Source: a virus
Taxonomy: Duplodnaviria > Caudoviricetes
Virus record (IMG/VR): IMGVR_UViG_3300005937_000006
Span: 8,967-72,966 of that record
Length of the DNA stretch: 64,000 nt
Strand: one strand, 5' to 3'
The notes below the pieces were generated by a model, which made no database searches, was not told the DNA's origin, and saw only the letters and a list, made by a program, of their open reading frames with translations. The translations under genes and the position numbers were made by a program. Shown in pieces: positions 15,941 to 26,032 of this stretch (its first letter is position 1; the number at the start of each line of letters is the position of its first letter).

Positions 15941-17931
15941 CCGGGAAGCGACATGTAGCCGAACGTAGCCTCAGCTTGCTTCAGGCTGGCGGGGTCGCCA
16001 ATCGGGGGATGGCGACGAGCACAGGCGCCAGCATGGCGATGCAGCAAGCCTCGGGCGGCATGCTGGCGGCGGGCATCGCCGTCCGGACGGCCAGCCGGAT
16101 CGTCGCCGCGTCGAACGCTTCCACACTGATGAAGGCGATGGCCGACGCGGTCTGTGACGGCACCGCCGACGAGGTGGAGATCAATGCGGCCCTGACCGCG
16201 CTGGGCTGGCTTGGGGGCCGCGTGCTGCTGTCTGAGGGCACGTTCACGCTGGCTGCGCCGATCATCATGAATGCCGACAAGCAGACGCTCGCCGGGATGG
16301 GGCTGGGCGCGACCACGCTTGCAGCGAAGAACGCGGCCGGCACCCCGCTCGACGTGGCGATCATCCAGATCTCAGGCGCCATAGCCGAGCTTCGCGACCT
16401 GACGGTCGATGGCAACAAGGCGAACAACGCCACGCTCACACACATGATGCTGGTGAGCATGGCATCGCTTAGCGGGAGCGCCTATGTTCAGCGCGTGCGG
16501 TTGATCAATAGCGCAGGCACCGGCATGATGGTTGCCAACACCGTACAGAGCGCTGTTGTGCGTGACTGCCTGATTGAAAGCAATGCCAATGGCGGCATGA
16601 TCTGCCGATCAGCGTATGCATGCACTCTCGTCGTTTCCGGCTGCACAGCCAAGAACAATTCGCAGTACGGATTCCTCTGTGATAACGGCTCGGTGATACT
16701 CTCCGACTGTCAGGCACTTAGCAGCGGTGCCTATGGCTTCGATGTCGCGACAGATGCCGCCGTGATCGTACAGAACTGTCATGCGCAGGGGAATACCTGC
16801 GGCTTTCGCGCAGGAGCCGCAAGCGTACTCGCGCAGTTCCAGGACTGCCGTGCGATCTCCAATACTACTTTAGGATTCCTCTCAGACACCGGTGCAACAC
16901 GGCCCATGTTCATCGGCTGCACCGCGCAAGGTACGGGAACAGGGACCGGCTTTGCTAGTAACGGCAATGACGATCTGATAGTCGGCTGTCATTCAGCGAG
17001 TCACGCCAACGGATTTAGCCACAACAGCACCGGGCGGATGCAGGCCGTTGGATGCCAGAGCATCGCGAATACCGATCGCATCTTTGATGTCACGAACGGG
17101 CAGGCGCAGATCCAGGGATGCTACGGTGTCAGCAGTGCTGCGAGTTCTGGCTACGCCATTGTGATGCAGACGGCCGGCAGTAATCACATGGTGGATGGCT
17201 GCCGTATTCGATCCTGGGGTGCGGACGGTATTCTCTGTGTCGTTCCCAATGTGCAGATCACGAACAATTACACGTCAGATGTCGGGCTCGCAATGAATGG
17301 GACGTATCGACATATCGTCACTGGTGGCAATCGAAGCTTCATCCACGGGAATGTCATGCGCGATCCAGGCTCGGGCAATCGCCCGGCCTATGGCATTTAC
17401 GTCACTTCGGACTCAACCAACAGCTACGTCGGTGTGAACGAGATCGCCGGCACCGGCACGGTTAGCTCGTTCCTGGATCAGGGCGTCAATACCAGGCAGA
17501 CTGTCAAGCAGCAGTTGCTATACAATCAGGCCATTGATAGCGCGGCAGGTGCGCTGACGGCTAACACCTGGACGAACATTCATAACCCCGTCTCGTTCCG
17601 CGTCGATTCGCCTACCAGCGTGGTTGAGATTACCGTTCGAGGCTGCGCGCTGGTCGGTATCGGTGGGAGCCATCTCAACTCACGCCTTGCCGTTGACGCA
17701 GCAGCCACCCCGATCTATCGGAACTTGGGCGGCGATATGGCGCAAGGCAACGGCTATTCTAACGTCCTGGCTGGCGGCGGGCAGTGCGTCAGGTACACGG
17801 GGCTTGCTGTCGGGACGCACACCGTCTCAGTACAGGCACGCTGCCAGACATCAGTCAGCCTGTACTGCCGCTCAGCATCGTATCCGAATAACGAGATGCT
17901 CGTCGTGCAGGCAATGGAGTACCAGCGCTAA
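15937..17931 (+). CDS. Tailspike-like right-handed beta-helix protein, paralogue 1
   Basis: 664 aa; CDGTADEVEINAAL...GG.VLLSEGTFTLA...L.G.G, then pectin-lyase-like rungs and a C-terminal FRVDS...GL.VG.HTV domain. Confidence 0.85.
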   Translation: MTGKRHVAERSLSLLQAGGVANRGMATSTGASMAMQQASGGMLAAGIAVRTASRIVAASNASTLMKAMADAVCDGTADEVEINAALTALGWLGGRVLLSEGTFTLAAPIIMNADKQTLAGMGLGATTLAAKNAAGTPLDVAIIQISGAIAELRDLTVDGNKANNATLTHMMLVSMASLSGSAYVQRVRLINSAGTGMMVANTVQSAVVRDCLIESNANGGMICRSAYACTLVVSGCTAKNNSQYGFLCDNGSVILSDCQALSSGAYGFDVATDAAVIVQNCHAQGNTCGFRAGAASVLAQFQDCRAISNTTLGFLSDTGATRPMFIGCTAQGTGTGTGFASNGNDDLIVGCHSASHANGFSHNSTGRMQAVGCQSIANTDRIFDVTNGQAQIQGCYGVSSAASSGYAIVMQTAGSNHMVDGCRIRSWGADGILCVVPNVQITNNYTSDVGLAMNGTYRHIVTGGNRSFIHGNVMRDPGSGNRPAYGIYVTSDSTNSYVGVNEIAGTGTVSSFLDQGVNTRQTVKQQLLYNQAIDSAAGALTANTWTNIHNPVSFRVDSPTSVVEITVRGCALVGIGGSHLNSRLAVDAAATPIYRNLGGDMAQGNGYSNVLAGGGQCVRYTGLAVGTHTVSVQARCQTSVSLYCRSASYPNNEMLVVQAMEYQR

Positions 17932-19937
17932 TGGAGATGTACCGCGTCAAGCAGCCTGTTAGCGTGATCGCCCCCGGTGGCGTAGCCGACCGTCTCGCCG
18001 GTACGTCCGATGGCCTTGTCATGCAGATGCAGCAGGCTGCGCTAGCAGCATTAGCCCCAGGAGCTATTGCCGGGCGTGCAGTCACGCTGATGGTTGCAGC
18101 TTCCAATGCCTCTACGGCGATGCGCAATGCGGCTGACTACCGCTGCGACGGTACCGCCGATGATGTGGAGATCAACGCTGCACTGGCAGCGATTGCCACA
18201 ACGGGCGGGGTTGTGCTGCTGTCCGAAGGGACGTTCACACTGGCAGCGTCAGTCCAGTTGAACGCCGCTGGGCAGACGCTGGCAGGCTCGGGCATGGCAA
18301 GCACGTTACTGCGCATGGTGAATAGCGCATCAACCATCAACTGGCTGGTGCAGATCACGCAGAGCTACGGTGTCGTCTGCGACCTGACCGTTGACGGAAA
18401 TAAAGCCAACAATAGCTCGTCGTTCACCAGTGGTATTGGTCTTAGCGGACTGACTGCGCCGTTCATCCAGCGTGTCAGCGTGATCAACTGCACGAGCATC
18501 GGCATTGAATGCACAACGACGATTGCCAATGGGCTGATCCGTGACTCTAACGCGCAAGACTGCGACAGGGAGGGCTATTCGATCCAGGCATCAAGCGGAC
18601 AGCCTTTCATCATTTCCGGCTGTACCTCGCAGGGGAATGGGCTCGCAGGTTTCACGCTGAGTGCCGGACCGATCGACCTCAGCGATTGCCAAGCGCTAAA
18701 CATCATCACAGCGCTGAGTGCTGCCTATGGGTTCAACATCCCGTTTGCGTCTACGGCTATCGTCACGATGACGAACTGCATGGCCCAGAACTGTGCCTCA
18801 TATGGGTTCTTCGTCTCTGGCACGACCGCTCGGGCTCGCTATACGGCATGCCGTTCCATCAACAATACAACATACGGCTTCTACACAGCCGGTATCCAGG
18901 TGCAGCATATCGGCTGTGTGGCAGTCAGTACCTATGGGTATGGCTTCTGGAATAACTCAGCGGCAGCAGACGCGCTGTACGAGGGGTGCTCGGCCATCGG
19001 TAATTTCAACTCCGGCTTCTACCATCAGTCGAGCAGCGCGAGCTACGTGGGATGTCGGGCCATCGACAATAGCACGGCCGGGTTCGATCTCCAGGGGGGT
19101 ACAGCGCTCGTCAAGGGTTGTTTCATCTACGGGCAGGCCGGCTCCGACTACGGCATCAACATGGCGCAGGGTACCCGTCATGTGCTGCATGCCAATCGCA
19201 TTCAGAACATGGGGCGTAGCGGCATCCTCTCGGCTACTGTCAACGATGCCCAGATTACGAACAACAACATCTCCGATATCAGTCTTGCAACGAACGCTGG
19301 CTACTACCACGTAGAGGTACGGGGCGCCCGCGTGCACATCGCTGGCAACATGCTGCGTGATCCAGCGGCAGGGAATCGCCCGTCGTACGGCATCAATATC
19401 ACCGGCTCCGCAGCGAACTGCTTACTGGGTTACAACGATACCTCCGGTGTCGGGGTAAATGGCGAGATCATCGATCAGAGTAGCTCGACGCGGCGCATCG
19501 TTGAGCTTCAGCTTGACTATGCGCCAACCGCCGATCAGACCACGATCCTGATGTCGTCAGCGGTAACATGGTACGACTTCATCCCGGCCCAAACCTTCCG
19601 CGTAGACTCGAAGAACAGTCTGATCGTGATCGCCTGTCGCGGCATGTTGATGGGCGGCTACAACGGCGGCACCGGCGCTACGCAGGTGAAATGCCGATTG
19701 GCGGTTGATGGTGGTACGTACTACCAGTATGGCGGGAATACCACCGATGATGGTTTCACGAATCAGAATGTGCTGGCCGGGGGCAATCCCGTTGTCATCT
19801 CTGGGCTCTCTGTTGGTACTCATACCGTCAAGCTTCAGACATATTCCACCACGGCGAATACCAACGTGTACTGCCGCTCTTCTAGCCAGCTTGACATGGA
19901 GACGTTCGGCATGCAGGTCACGGAGTTCTCTCGATGA
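17931..19937 (+). CDS. Tailspike-like right-handed beta-helix protein, paralogue 2
   Basis: 668 aa; same architecture and motifs as paralogue 1. Confidence 0.85.
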   Translation: MEMYRVKQPVSVIAPGGVADRLAGTSDGLVMQMQQAALAALAPGAIAGRAVTLMVAASNASTAMRNAADYRCDGTADDVEINAALAAIATTGGVVLLSEGTFTLAASVQLNAAGQTLAGSGMASTLLRMVNSASTINWLVQITQSYGVVCDLTVDGNKANNSSSFTSGIGLSGLTAPFIQRVSVINCTSIGIECTTTIANGLIRDSNAQDCDREGYSIQASSGQPFIISGCTSQGNGLAGFTLSAGPIDLSDCQALNIITALSAAYGFNIPFASTAIVTMTNCMAQNCASYGFFVSGTTARARYTACRSINNTTYGFYTAGIQVQHIGCVAVSTYGYGFWNNSAAADALYEGCSAIGNFNSGFYHQSSSASYVGCRAIDNSTAGFDLQGGTALVKGCFIYGQAGSDYGINMAQGTRHVLHANRIQNMGRSGILSATVNDAQITNNNISDISLATNAGYYHVEVRGARVHIAGNMLRDPAAGNRPSYGINITGSAANCLLGYNDTSGVGVNGEIIDQSSSTRRIVELQLDYAPTADQTTILMSSAVTWYDFIPAQTFRVDSKNSLIVIACRGMLMGGYNGGTGATQVKCRLAVDGGTYYQYGGNTTDDGFTNQNVLAGGNPVVISGLSVGTHTVKLQTYSTTANTNVYCRSSSQLDMETFGMQVTEFSR

Positions 19938-21919
19938 CTGCCAAGCGCTTCCAGGCGAGGCGTCCGGTGCGCTTGCTGGCTGCTGGCGGGACGGCTAACC
20001 GGGTGGTTGCCACAACCGATGGTGTCACGCTCACGATGCAGCAAGTCGCCAGTAGCATGGTCATGCCAACTGGACGAGCTACCACGCTGAACGTTGCAGC
20101 CAACAATGCTACAGCGCTCGTCAAGTCGTTGGCCGACTACGTCTGTGATGGCGTCGCTGATGAGGTGCAGATCAACGCGGCCTGCGCCTCACTGCCAGCG
20201 GCCGGCGGCGCCGTGGTGCTCTCCGAAGGGACGTTCACACTGGCGTCGCCCATCTATATGGGCTCGGGCGGCAAGCGTACGCTACGCGGCATGGGTATGC
20301 AAGCCACGTTGCTTCAGGTTGTCAATAACGGCGGAAGCAACGTGAACGGCGGCATGATCCAGATGGAAGGAGGCTACTCGGAAGTCTCCGACCTGACGCT
20401 CGACGGGAATCGCGCCAATAACGCTGCGCAGACCCAGATGATTGGCATCTATGTGCCGCCCGTCGCCAATCCGTCGATCCAGCGTTGTCGAGTTGTCAAC
20501 AGCGCCCACAACGGCATCACGGTGTGGAACGTCGCAGAGAACGGCGTGATCCGCGATTGCCTCATCGAGAACTCGGAAGGGCTCAGCATCTACCTGTACT
20601 GTGCGAGCGGTCAGCCGTTCGTCGTCTCCGGCTGCACAACCAAGGGCGGCTCGCTGGGCTACTACCTGGATGGCGGTGCAATCGAACTGTCGAACTGCGA
20701 GGCACTAAACGCGACCTATCAAGGTTTTGGGATCTACGCAAACGCCAGTGCATCGCTCAGCCAGTGTAGGGCGCAGTCTTGTGGCGCCGAAGGCTTCTAT
20801 GTCAACGCCGCCGTGCGTGCACACCTCGCGAGTTGTCGGGCGGTAAGCTGTGTCAACGCTGGCTTCTACACCGATGGCACCCAGGCGCAGTTCATCGGCT
20901 GTGTTGCTACGGACACAAGCGGCAATGGACATGGCTTCCTGAGCACGACCGGTGCGCTCCAGACCTTCTACAGCGGCTGCGTCTCTGGGCCGGGTAACGT
21001 GGGTGATGGCTTCCGACATGCCAATGTAGATGCCTCGACGTATATTGGCTGCCGCGTTGTGAGCGCTGCGGCGAGTGGATTTCAGGCCACAAACGGGAAC
21101 ATTCACGTTTATGATTGCACCGTTATTGGCGCTGGCTCCTCTAGCGTACATGGTGTAGCGCTCAATGGTGGGTCGCGTCATGTTATCGAAGGCTCACGCA
21201 TCGAGAGCATGGGCCAACATGGGATCGTCGTAAGCTCAGGCGTACTCGAAAGCCAGATCATCAACAACTCGATCTACAACATCAGCCTGCTGACGAACAA
21301 TGGCTATTGGGGCATCATTGCCGATGCCAACACGACCTTTGTGTACGGCAACACCGTACGTGATGGCACCGGCAATAGGCCCTATGGCGGTATAGCAACT
21401 GGCGGGAACTCCACGGGGACATACTTCGGCCATAACGATGTGTATGGCGCGGGAGTTAGTGCCGAGATACTGGACACAGGCGTGACCTCACGACAGCCAG
21501 TCAAGACCCAGCTTGCGTACACCTTTTCGGCTGATCTGTTCAACGCCACAGCGGTGACGGCAAACGTGTGGTACAACGCTGGGCCATCACATACCTTCCG
21601 AGTTGACTCATCTCGTGACATCATCGATCTTTCAGCCCAGATCTACATACTGGTAGGCGGCAATAACGCATCTCCGGCCTGGATGATCGCGCGCATGGTG
21701 CTCGATGGCTCCATTGTCTATCCATATGGCGCAGGCATCCAAGAAAATGCGAACGTCTGGCAGAATCCTTTTGCCGGCGGCGCCTCGGTGAAGCTCACCG
21801 GGCTGAGCGTCGGTAACCACACCGTCGTGTGGCAGTTCCAGCCGGCTATCAATGAGCTTGCATATCTGCGTGCAGCCTACGAGCATTACTACGCACAGGT
21901 ACTGGAGTACGCCCGATGA
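19934..21919 (+). CDS. Tailspike-like right-handed beta-helix protein, paralogue 3
   Basis: 661 aa; same architecture and motifs as paralogues 1 and 2. Confidence 0.85.
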   Translation: MTAKRFQARRPVRLLAAGGTANRVVATTDGVTLTMQQVASSMVMPTGRATTLNVAANNATALVKSLADYVCDGVADEVQINAACASLPAAGGAVVLSEGTFTLASPIYMGSGGKRTLRGMGMQATLLQVVNNGGSNVNGGMIQMEGGYSEVSDLTLDGNRANNAAQTQMIGIYVPPVANPSIQRCRVVNSAHNGITVWNVAENGVIRDCLIENSEGLSIYLYCASGQPFVVSGCTTKGGSLGYYLDGGAIELSNCEALNATYQGFGIYANASASLSQCRAQSCGAEGFYVNAAVRAHLASCRAVSCVNAGFYTDGTQAQFIGCVATDTSGNGHGFLSTTGALQTFYSGCVSGPGNVGDGFRHANVDASTYIGCRVVSAAASGFQATNGNIHVYDCTVIGAGSSSVHGVALNGGSRHVIEGSRIESMGQHGIVVSSGVLESQIINNSIYNISLLTNNGYWGIIADANTTFVYGNTVRDGTGNRPYGGIATGGNSTGTYFGHNDVYGAGVSAEILDTGVTSRQPVKTQLAYTFSADLFNATAVTANVWYNAGPSHTFRVDSSRDIIDLSAQIYILVGGNNASPAWMIARMVLDGSIVYPYGAGIQENANVWQNPFAGGASVKLTGLSVGNHTVVWQFQPAINELAYLRAAYEHYYAQVLEYAR

Positions 21920-22515
21920 CATCGCCGCCAGTTCCACCGGCGCAGCAGGCGCAAGTACGTATCATCGACCGTCTCGTGCTCGCTGTGGGATTATTTCCTG
22001 CGGGCAGCCCCGATCCTGACACCATTGAGATCGTGGATCTTGACGAAGAAGCATGGGCCGAATTCCAGGCCGCACCACCGGGCGATAAGTACCTTGCTGA
22101 AGACGGCACGCTGACGGTCGTCCCGCCGCCGCCGCCGCCATTGCGCTATGAAGCGACGACGCAAGTCAACGCCACGCTGCGGACGACGAACGACACCCCA
22201 ACCGAGATCTACCGCTACGCATGTGGACAGAATCGTACCTACACCGGCGCGCTGATCTTCCAGGCGGTCAACCCGACGAACTGGGCTACCCGTAGCAACG
22301 GCATGCGCTACGCCTTCAAACGGGTGACGGCCGGCGCCGTGCTGATCGGTGAGGCTCCGGTCTTCGCCATTGACGAGTCGGGCTCGGCATCCTGGAACGT
22401 CGAGGCCATCGTCAGCGGGAACGACTTCATTGTCCGCGTGATCGGTGGGCGCACCAATACCGTGGACTGGCTGGTCACCGGCGATATCCAGGTCTACGTG
22501 CCGGCGGGATTCTAA
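21916..22515 (+). CDS. Hypothetical tail-associated protein
   Basis: 199 aa, ATGA-coupled; poly-Pro linker followed by a beta-rich domain. Confidence 0.7.
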   Translation: MTSPPVPPAQQAQVRIIDRLVLAVGLFPAGSPDPDTIEIVDLDEEAWAEFQAAPPGDKYLAEDGTLTVVPPPPPPLRYEATTQVNATLRTTNDTPTEIYRYACGQNRTYTGALIFQAVNPTNWATRSNGMRYAFKRVTAGAVLIGEAPVFAIDESGSASWNVEAIVSGNDFIVRVIGGRTNTVDWLVTGDIQVYVPAGF

Positions 22516-24693
22516 ATGCTGCTGCTCTTCTGGCGCGGCCTACCAGCCCTCGTTGCCGCTGAGACGGCAACGGCGACGGCGACTGCCATCCCCGCCGGGC
22601 TCCAGGTCAGCGCGAGCTTCGCCGCGCCCACAGCAGTCGCTACCGCCCAGGCGCTGCCGATCCGCAGCCCGAGCGCGCGCTTTGACGCAGAGGCTGCTAC
22701 AGCCTCTGGGAGCGCCGTAGCAGGGGCTCTCACCACCCGGGTGGATCTTAGTGGTCAGACGGCCCTGGCGAGCGCTACCGCCCCCGGAGCAGCGCTCAGC
22801 GCAGGCGCCGTCGTAGGAGCACCGACTGCAACAGCGACGGTCCGTGCAGAGATCGCCAGCATGGGGGCGATCTCCTACCTCACCGCCCAGACGGCTACTG
22901 CCGTCGCCGCCGCGCCCGCCCCCGAGATCGGCATCTATGCCACACTCGTCGCCCTGGCGGCAAGCGGCAGCGCCACCGCGATAGTCGCCGTACTACTCGC
23001 CGGACAGACGTTCAACGCCCAGCTTGCATTTGCGATTGCACAGGCGTTTCCCGTTCAATATGTCATCGGGGGTGTCGGCAGTATCTTGATCCCTGCGCCG
23101 CAGCTTAGCGGCGAAGGATTCATACCACTTACTGGTGCAGGCGATATCGTCATTCCGCCGCCGATCCTGCAAGGGACGGCGTTTTTTGCGCACAACCTTG
23201 GCGCCGGCGGTGTGGTCATCCCTCCGCCGATTCTCAGCGGCGATGGCACCCATACGATTCACGGTAATGGTGCTATCGTTATCCCGCCGCCGATACTCAG
23301 CGGCGAGGGCGCCACTCCCGTTGAAGGTGCTGGCAACATTACCATCGGCGCGCCGCGACTCAGCGGTGCTGGCACCATCGACTATCGCGGCACAGGTGGC
23401 GTGGTCATTCTGCCGCCACTGCTATCAGGCTCAGGCCAGCTTGGCTACACAGGCACAGGCGCTATCGTCATCCCGCCACCGATACTTACTGGCCTGGCGC
23501 CGTCTCCAACACTGCCGCCGCCCCCGCCGCCCGTTCCGTCTGATATCCACATCATCGAATGTTTCGATATCAATGGGGTGCTCCTTGGTCGTATACAGCC
23601 GATTCGACGGGCCAAGTTCACGATGGTCGAGAATGATATCGGTGACTTCGAGATCGAGCTACCCTGGATCTACGATGATCTGATCAATATTTTGCAGACG
23701 AGAAACCGCATCGAATACACCATCAAGGGTATCAAAGTGTTCGGCGGCTACATCATGAAGCGCGACTTCAAGCAGACGGGCCGCTACTCGATGGTGACGC
23801 TCTCGGGGCCAGGGTACAATGGGATCTTGGCGAAGCGCATCCTGATTCCGCCGGCCACGCAAGAGTTCGATGTCTACACGAATGTCCGTGCCGATGATCT
23901 GATGAAACGGATCGTACGTCGCCATCTTGGTGACCTTGCGCCTGCCGCCCGACAAGTCCCTGCGTTCACCGTCGATGTGGAGCACAGTGCATCATCGGTC
24001 GTTGCTAACTACAATGGCCGCTATGAAACGGTGATCGATGCCCTAAAGAGCATCGCGAAGCAAGCCACTGACACGCGCTTCCTAGTGATGAAGGCGCCTA
24101 ATGGCACGTTGCAGTTCCGTACCTACGTTCCGATCATCGGCGTGGAGCATGGTATTGGCACGCCCGATACTGTGCTGTTTGACACGGCGGGCGGCAACGT
24201 CCTTGACGTAGAGTATGTCGAAGATGGCACAAGCCTGAGCAACTACATCATCGGTGGCGGTACCGGCGATGGCGCCTCTCGACTGATCCGGGAGGGATTC
24301 AACACGCAGTCCATTGACGATTGGGGTAGGCTGGAAGAGTTCCTGGATACGAGCGCAAAGACGAGCCCCGAGCTTGATGTGGAGATCCTGAAGAAGCTCG
24401 ATGAGGTGTCGCGCGCCGGTCCCTCGCTGAGCTTCACGGTTGGGCGCGCTGGGCGCTATGAATTCCCCGTAGACTTCCAGTTCGGTGATCGAGTCTCTGC
24501 CATCTGGAAGGAAGCCGGATTGACGTTGACCGATGTGATCAGCGGGATTACCATGACGCTGGAGGAAAATGAAGGCTTCCAGATCGAGATGAGCGTTGGT
24601 CAGCCAAATCTCTTCCGTCTTGCGCCAGGGCGTGCAATCGCACGCTTCATCCGAGCGATGCGCGGAGAGGTTGGGCTCATGCAGCGCCATTAG
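22516..24693 (+). CDS. Repeat-containing protein fused to Gp37-like (ReqiPepy6-type) tail hub domain
   Basis: Ala/Thr-rich repeats, seven G.G.IVIPPP.L.G repeats and a poly-Pro linker, then AKFTMVENDIGDFEIEL...NYIIGGG.G.GASR...GRLEEFLD...DFQFGDRV...ISGIT.T. Confidence 0.8.
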   Translation: MLLLFWRGLPALVAAETATATATAIPAGLQVSASFAAPTAVATAQALPIRSPSARFDAEAATASGSAVAGALTTRVDLSGQTALASATAPGAALSAGAVVGAPTATATVRAEIASMGAISYLTAQTATAVAAAPAPEIGIYATLVALAASGSATAIVAVLLAGQTFNAQLAFAIAQAFPVQYVIGGVGSILIPAPQLSGEGFIPLTGAGDIVIPPPILQGTAFFAHNLGAGGVVIPPPILSGDGTHTIHGNGAIVIPPPILSGEGATPVEGAGNITIGAPRLSGAGTIDYRGTGGVVILPPLLSGSGQLGYTGTGAIVIPPPILTGLAPSPTLPPPPPPVPSDIHIIECFDINGVLLGRIQPIRRAKFTMVENDIGDFEIELPWIYDDLINILQTRNRIEYTIKGIKVFGGYIMKRDFKQTGRYSMVTLSGPGYNGILAKRILIPPATQEFDVYTNVRADDLMKRIVRRHLGDLAPAARQVPAFTVDVEHSASSVVANYNGRYETVIDALKSIAKQATDTRFLVMKAPNGTLQFRTYVPIIGVEHGIGTPDTVLFDTAGGNVLDVEYVEDGTSLSNYIIGGGTGDGASRLIREGFNTQSIDDWGRLEEFLDTSAKTSPELDVEILKKLDEVSRAGPSLSFTVGRAGRYEFPVDFQFGDRVSAIWKEAGLTLTDVISGITMTLEENEGFQIEMSVGQPNLFRLAPGRAIARFIRAMRGEVGLMQRH

Positions 24694-24701
24694 GAGAAAG
24701 T

Positions 24702-24875
24702 ATGAGCGAGCAGCGTGAAGAGCTTCCGGAATGGACCCGGCAGAGAACTCCTGAACGGACACGCGACCGTCACGACGCGCAGACCTCACAGCAGGTACCG
24801 GAGCATGCCGAGATTGCTCCTGCTGGAGGAGATAAACACCATGCAACGCAGGAGGAGGAGACGGATGGCAACTAA
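24702..24875 (+). CDS. Small hydrophilic hypothetical protein (57 aa)
   Basis: Read manually: ATG 24702 after AGGAG, MSEQREELPEW...DGN, TAA 24873-24875. Confidence 0.45.
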   Translation: MSEQREELPEWTRQRTPERTRDRHDAQTSQQVPEHAEIAPAGGDKHHATQEEETDGN

Positions 24876-25026
24876 CGTTGCGCCACGCGCATACTACTTG
24901 ACACCGAAGTTCTGGGTCTTGCTCTTCGGGATTCTCCTGATGGTGATCTCGTTCTTCGCAGAGCCGATCCCCAGACTGTTCGATGTTGGTATCACCGTGG
25001 CTTGGACATCGCTACTGGTGCCATAG
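24865..25026 (+). CDS. Small membrane protein, holin candidate (53 aa)
   Basis: ATG 24865 after GGAGGAG; MATNVAPRAYYLTPKFWVLLFGILLMVISFF...VGITVAWTSLLVP, two hydrophobic segments, at the end of the tail operon. Confidence 0.55.
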   Translation: MATNVAPRAYYLTPKFWVLLFGILLMVISFFAEPIPRLFDVGITVAWTSLLVP

Positions 25027-25027
25027 G

Positions 25028-25264
25028 ATGCAGATCGTGGGCGACTGCGGGCAAGAGATCTGGGTTACCGGGGTGAAAGGCTACATCCGCATGGAGTATC
25101 CACACGAGGTGGAGATCAAGGTCACAGATGCCAAGGGGGAATACACCAAGCATCTGGAGATCCATGATACCGAGCGCGATCCTGAGGTTGTCGCTCGCAA
25201 GATCGTCGGCAAGGTTGTGGAGCGGTTCCCCGGCAAGGTGCGGCCTATCGAGTATGACCTCTAA
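25028..25264 (+). CDS. Hypothetical protein (78 aa)
   Basis: ATG 25028, MQIVGDCGQEIW...; last gene of the + strand late block. Confidence 0.6.
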   Translation: MQIVGDCGQEIWVTGVKGYIRMEYPHEVEIKVTDAKGEYTKHLEIHDTERDPEVVARKIVGKVVERFPGKVRPIEYDL

Positions 25265-25965
25265 AGGCACATAGCTCGTCGCACACCGCGCGCAATAGCA
25301 CGTCCCATCGGGATCGGCACCGCGTTGCCAATAGCCCGGAATTTACCGGCTCTCGTGAATGGCATGTCGCGACAGAAGTCGCGCGGCAAGCCCTGAAGCT
25401 CGCACGCCTCTTCGATGGAATAGGCATGGCGGCGTAGCAGGCCGCTGCCTTGCCCACCGAGCACTGCATGTGCGGCAGCGCCGCGCGCAAGCAAGGCAAG
25501 ATCCAGCGGGAGACGCGCGCCATCTCGCGTGCCAAACGAGAATCGCCGGGTGCGATGCTGTCTGGCTCCGAAGCCAAGCACATCCCCGAATCGTCGGTTG
25601 TTGACGATGACGTTATCCAAGAGGTATCCGGGGATGTCCGGCAGGGGCGCTTGTGGGACGTTCTCCATGATGAACCAGGACGGCTGACCCTCGATCACAA
25701 CCCGCTCGAACTCGGGGATCATGTTGCCGAACTTCGGCTGGCGTCCGTTCTGGCGCACCATGAATGACAGGACGCTGAACGTCTGGCAGGGCGGGCCACC
25801 GATGATGCCGTCGAAACGCCCAGGCGGGATGTGGAAGCGCGCGACATCGCCGCCCCAGAGCGGATCGGGGCCGCGCACGACACAGAAGCCCTCTAGCTCA
25901 AACGCCGTGTCAAGCAAGCCGATGCCAGGGAACAAGCTGAGCACAACTTGATCGGCTATCGGCAC
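25261..25965 (-). CDS. DNA (cytosine-5) methyltransferase, orphan
   Basis: LSLFPGIG (motif I), GGPPCQ.FS (IV), MENV (VI), RTRRF (VIII), ELQGLP (IX) and IGNAVP (X). Confidence 0.9.
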   Translation of the reverse strand: MPIADQVVLSLFPGIGLLDTAFELEGFCVVRGPDPLWGGDVARFHIPPGRFDGIIGGPPCQTFSVLSFMVRQNGRQPKFGNMIPEFERVVIEGQPSWFIMENVPQAPLPDIPGYLLDNVIVNNRRFGDVLGFGARQHRTRRFSFGTRDGARLPLDLALLARGAAAHAVLGGQGSGLLRRHAYSIEEACELQGLPRDFCRDMPFTRAGKFRAIGNAVPIPMGRAIARGVRRAMCL

Positions 25966-26032
25966 GAGACTTGCTTTCTGCGCAGCATGAAGACTGCCCT
26001 ATGGTATCTGATCTGGCTGGCGCTGGGGAGCC

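Noticed and set aside
15937-21919. Diversity-generating retroelement acting on the tailspikes
   Set aside because: No reverse transcriptase was found, and no template/variable repeat pair differing only at adenines.
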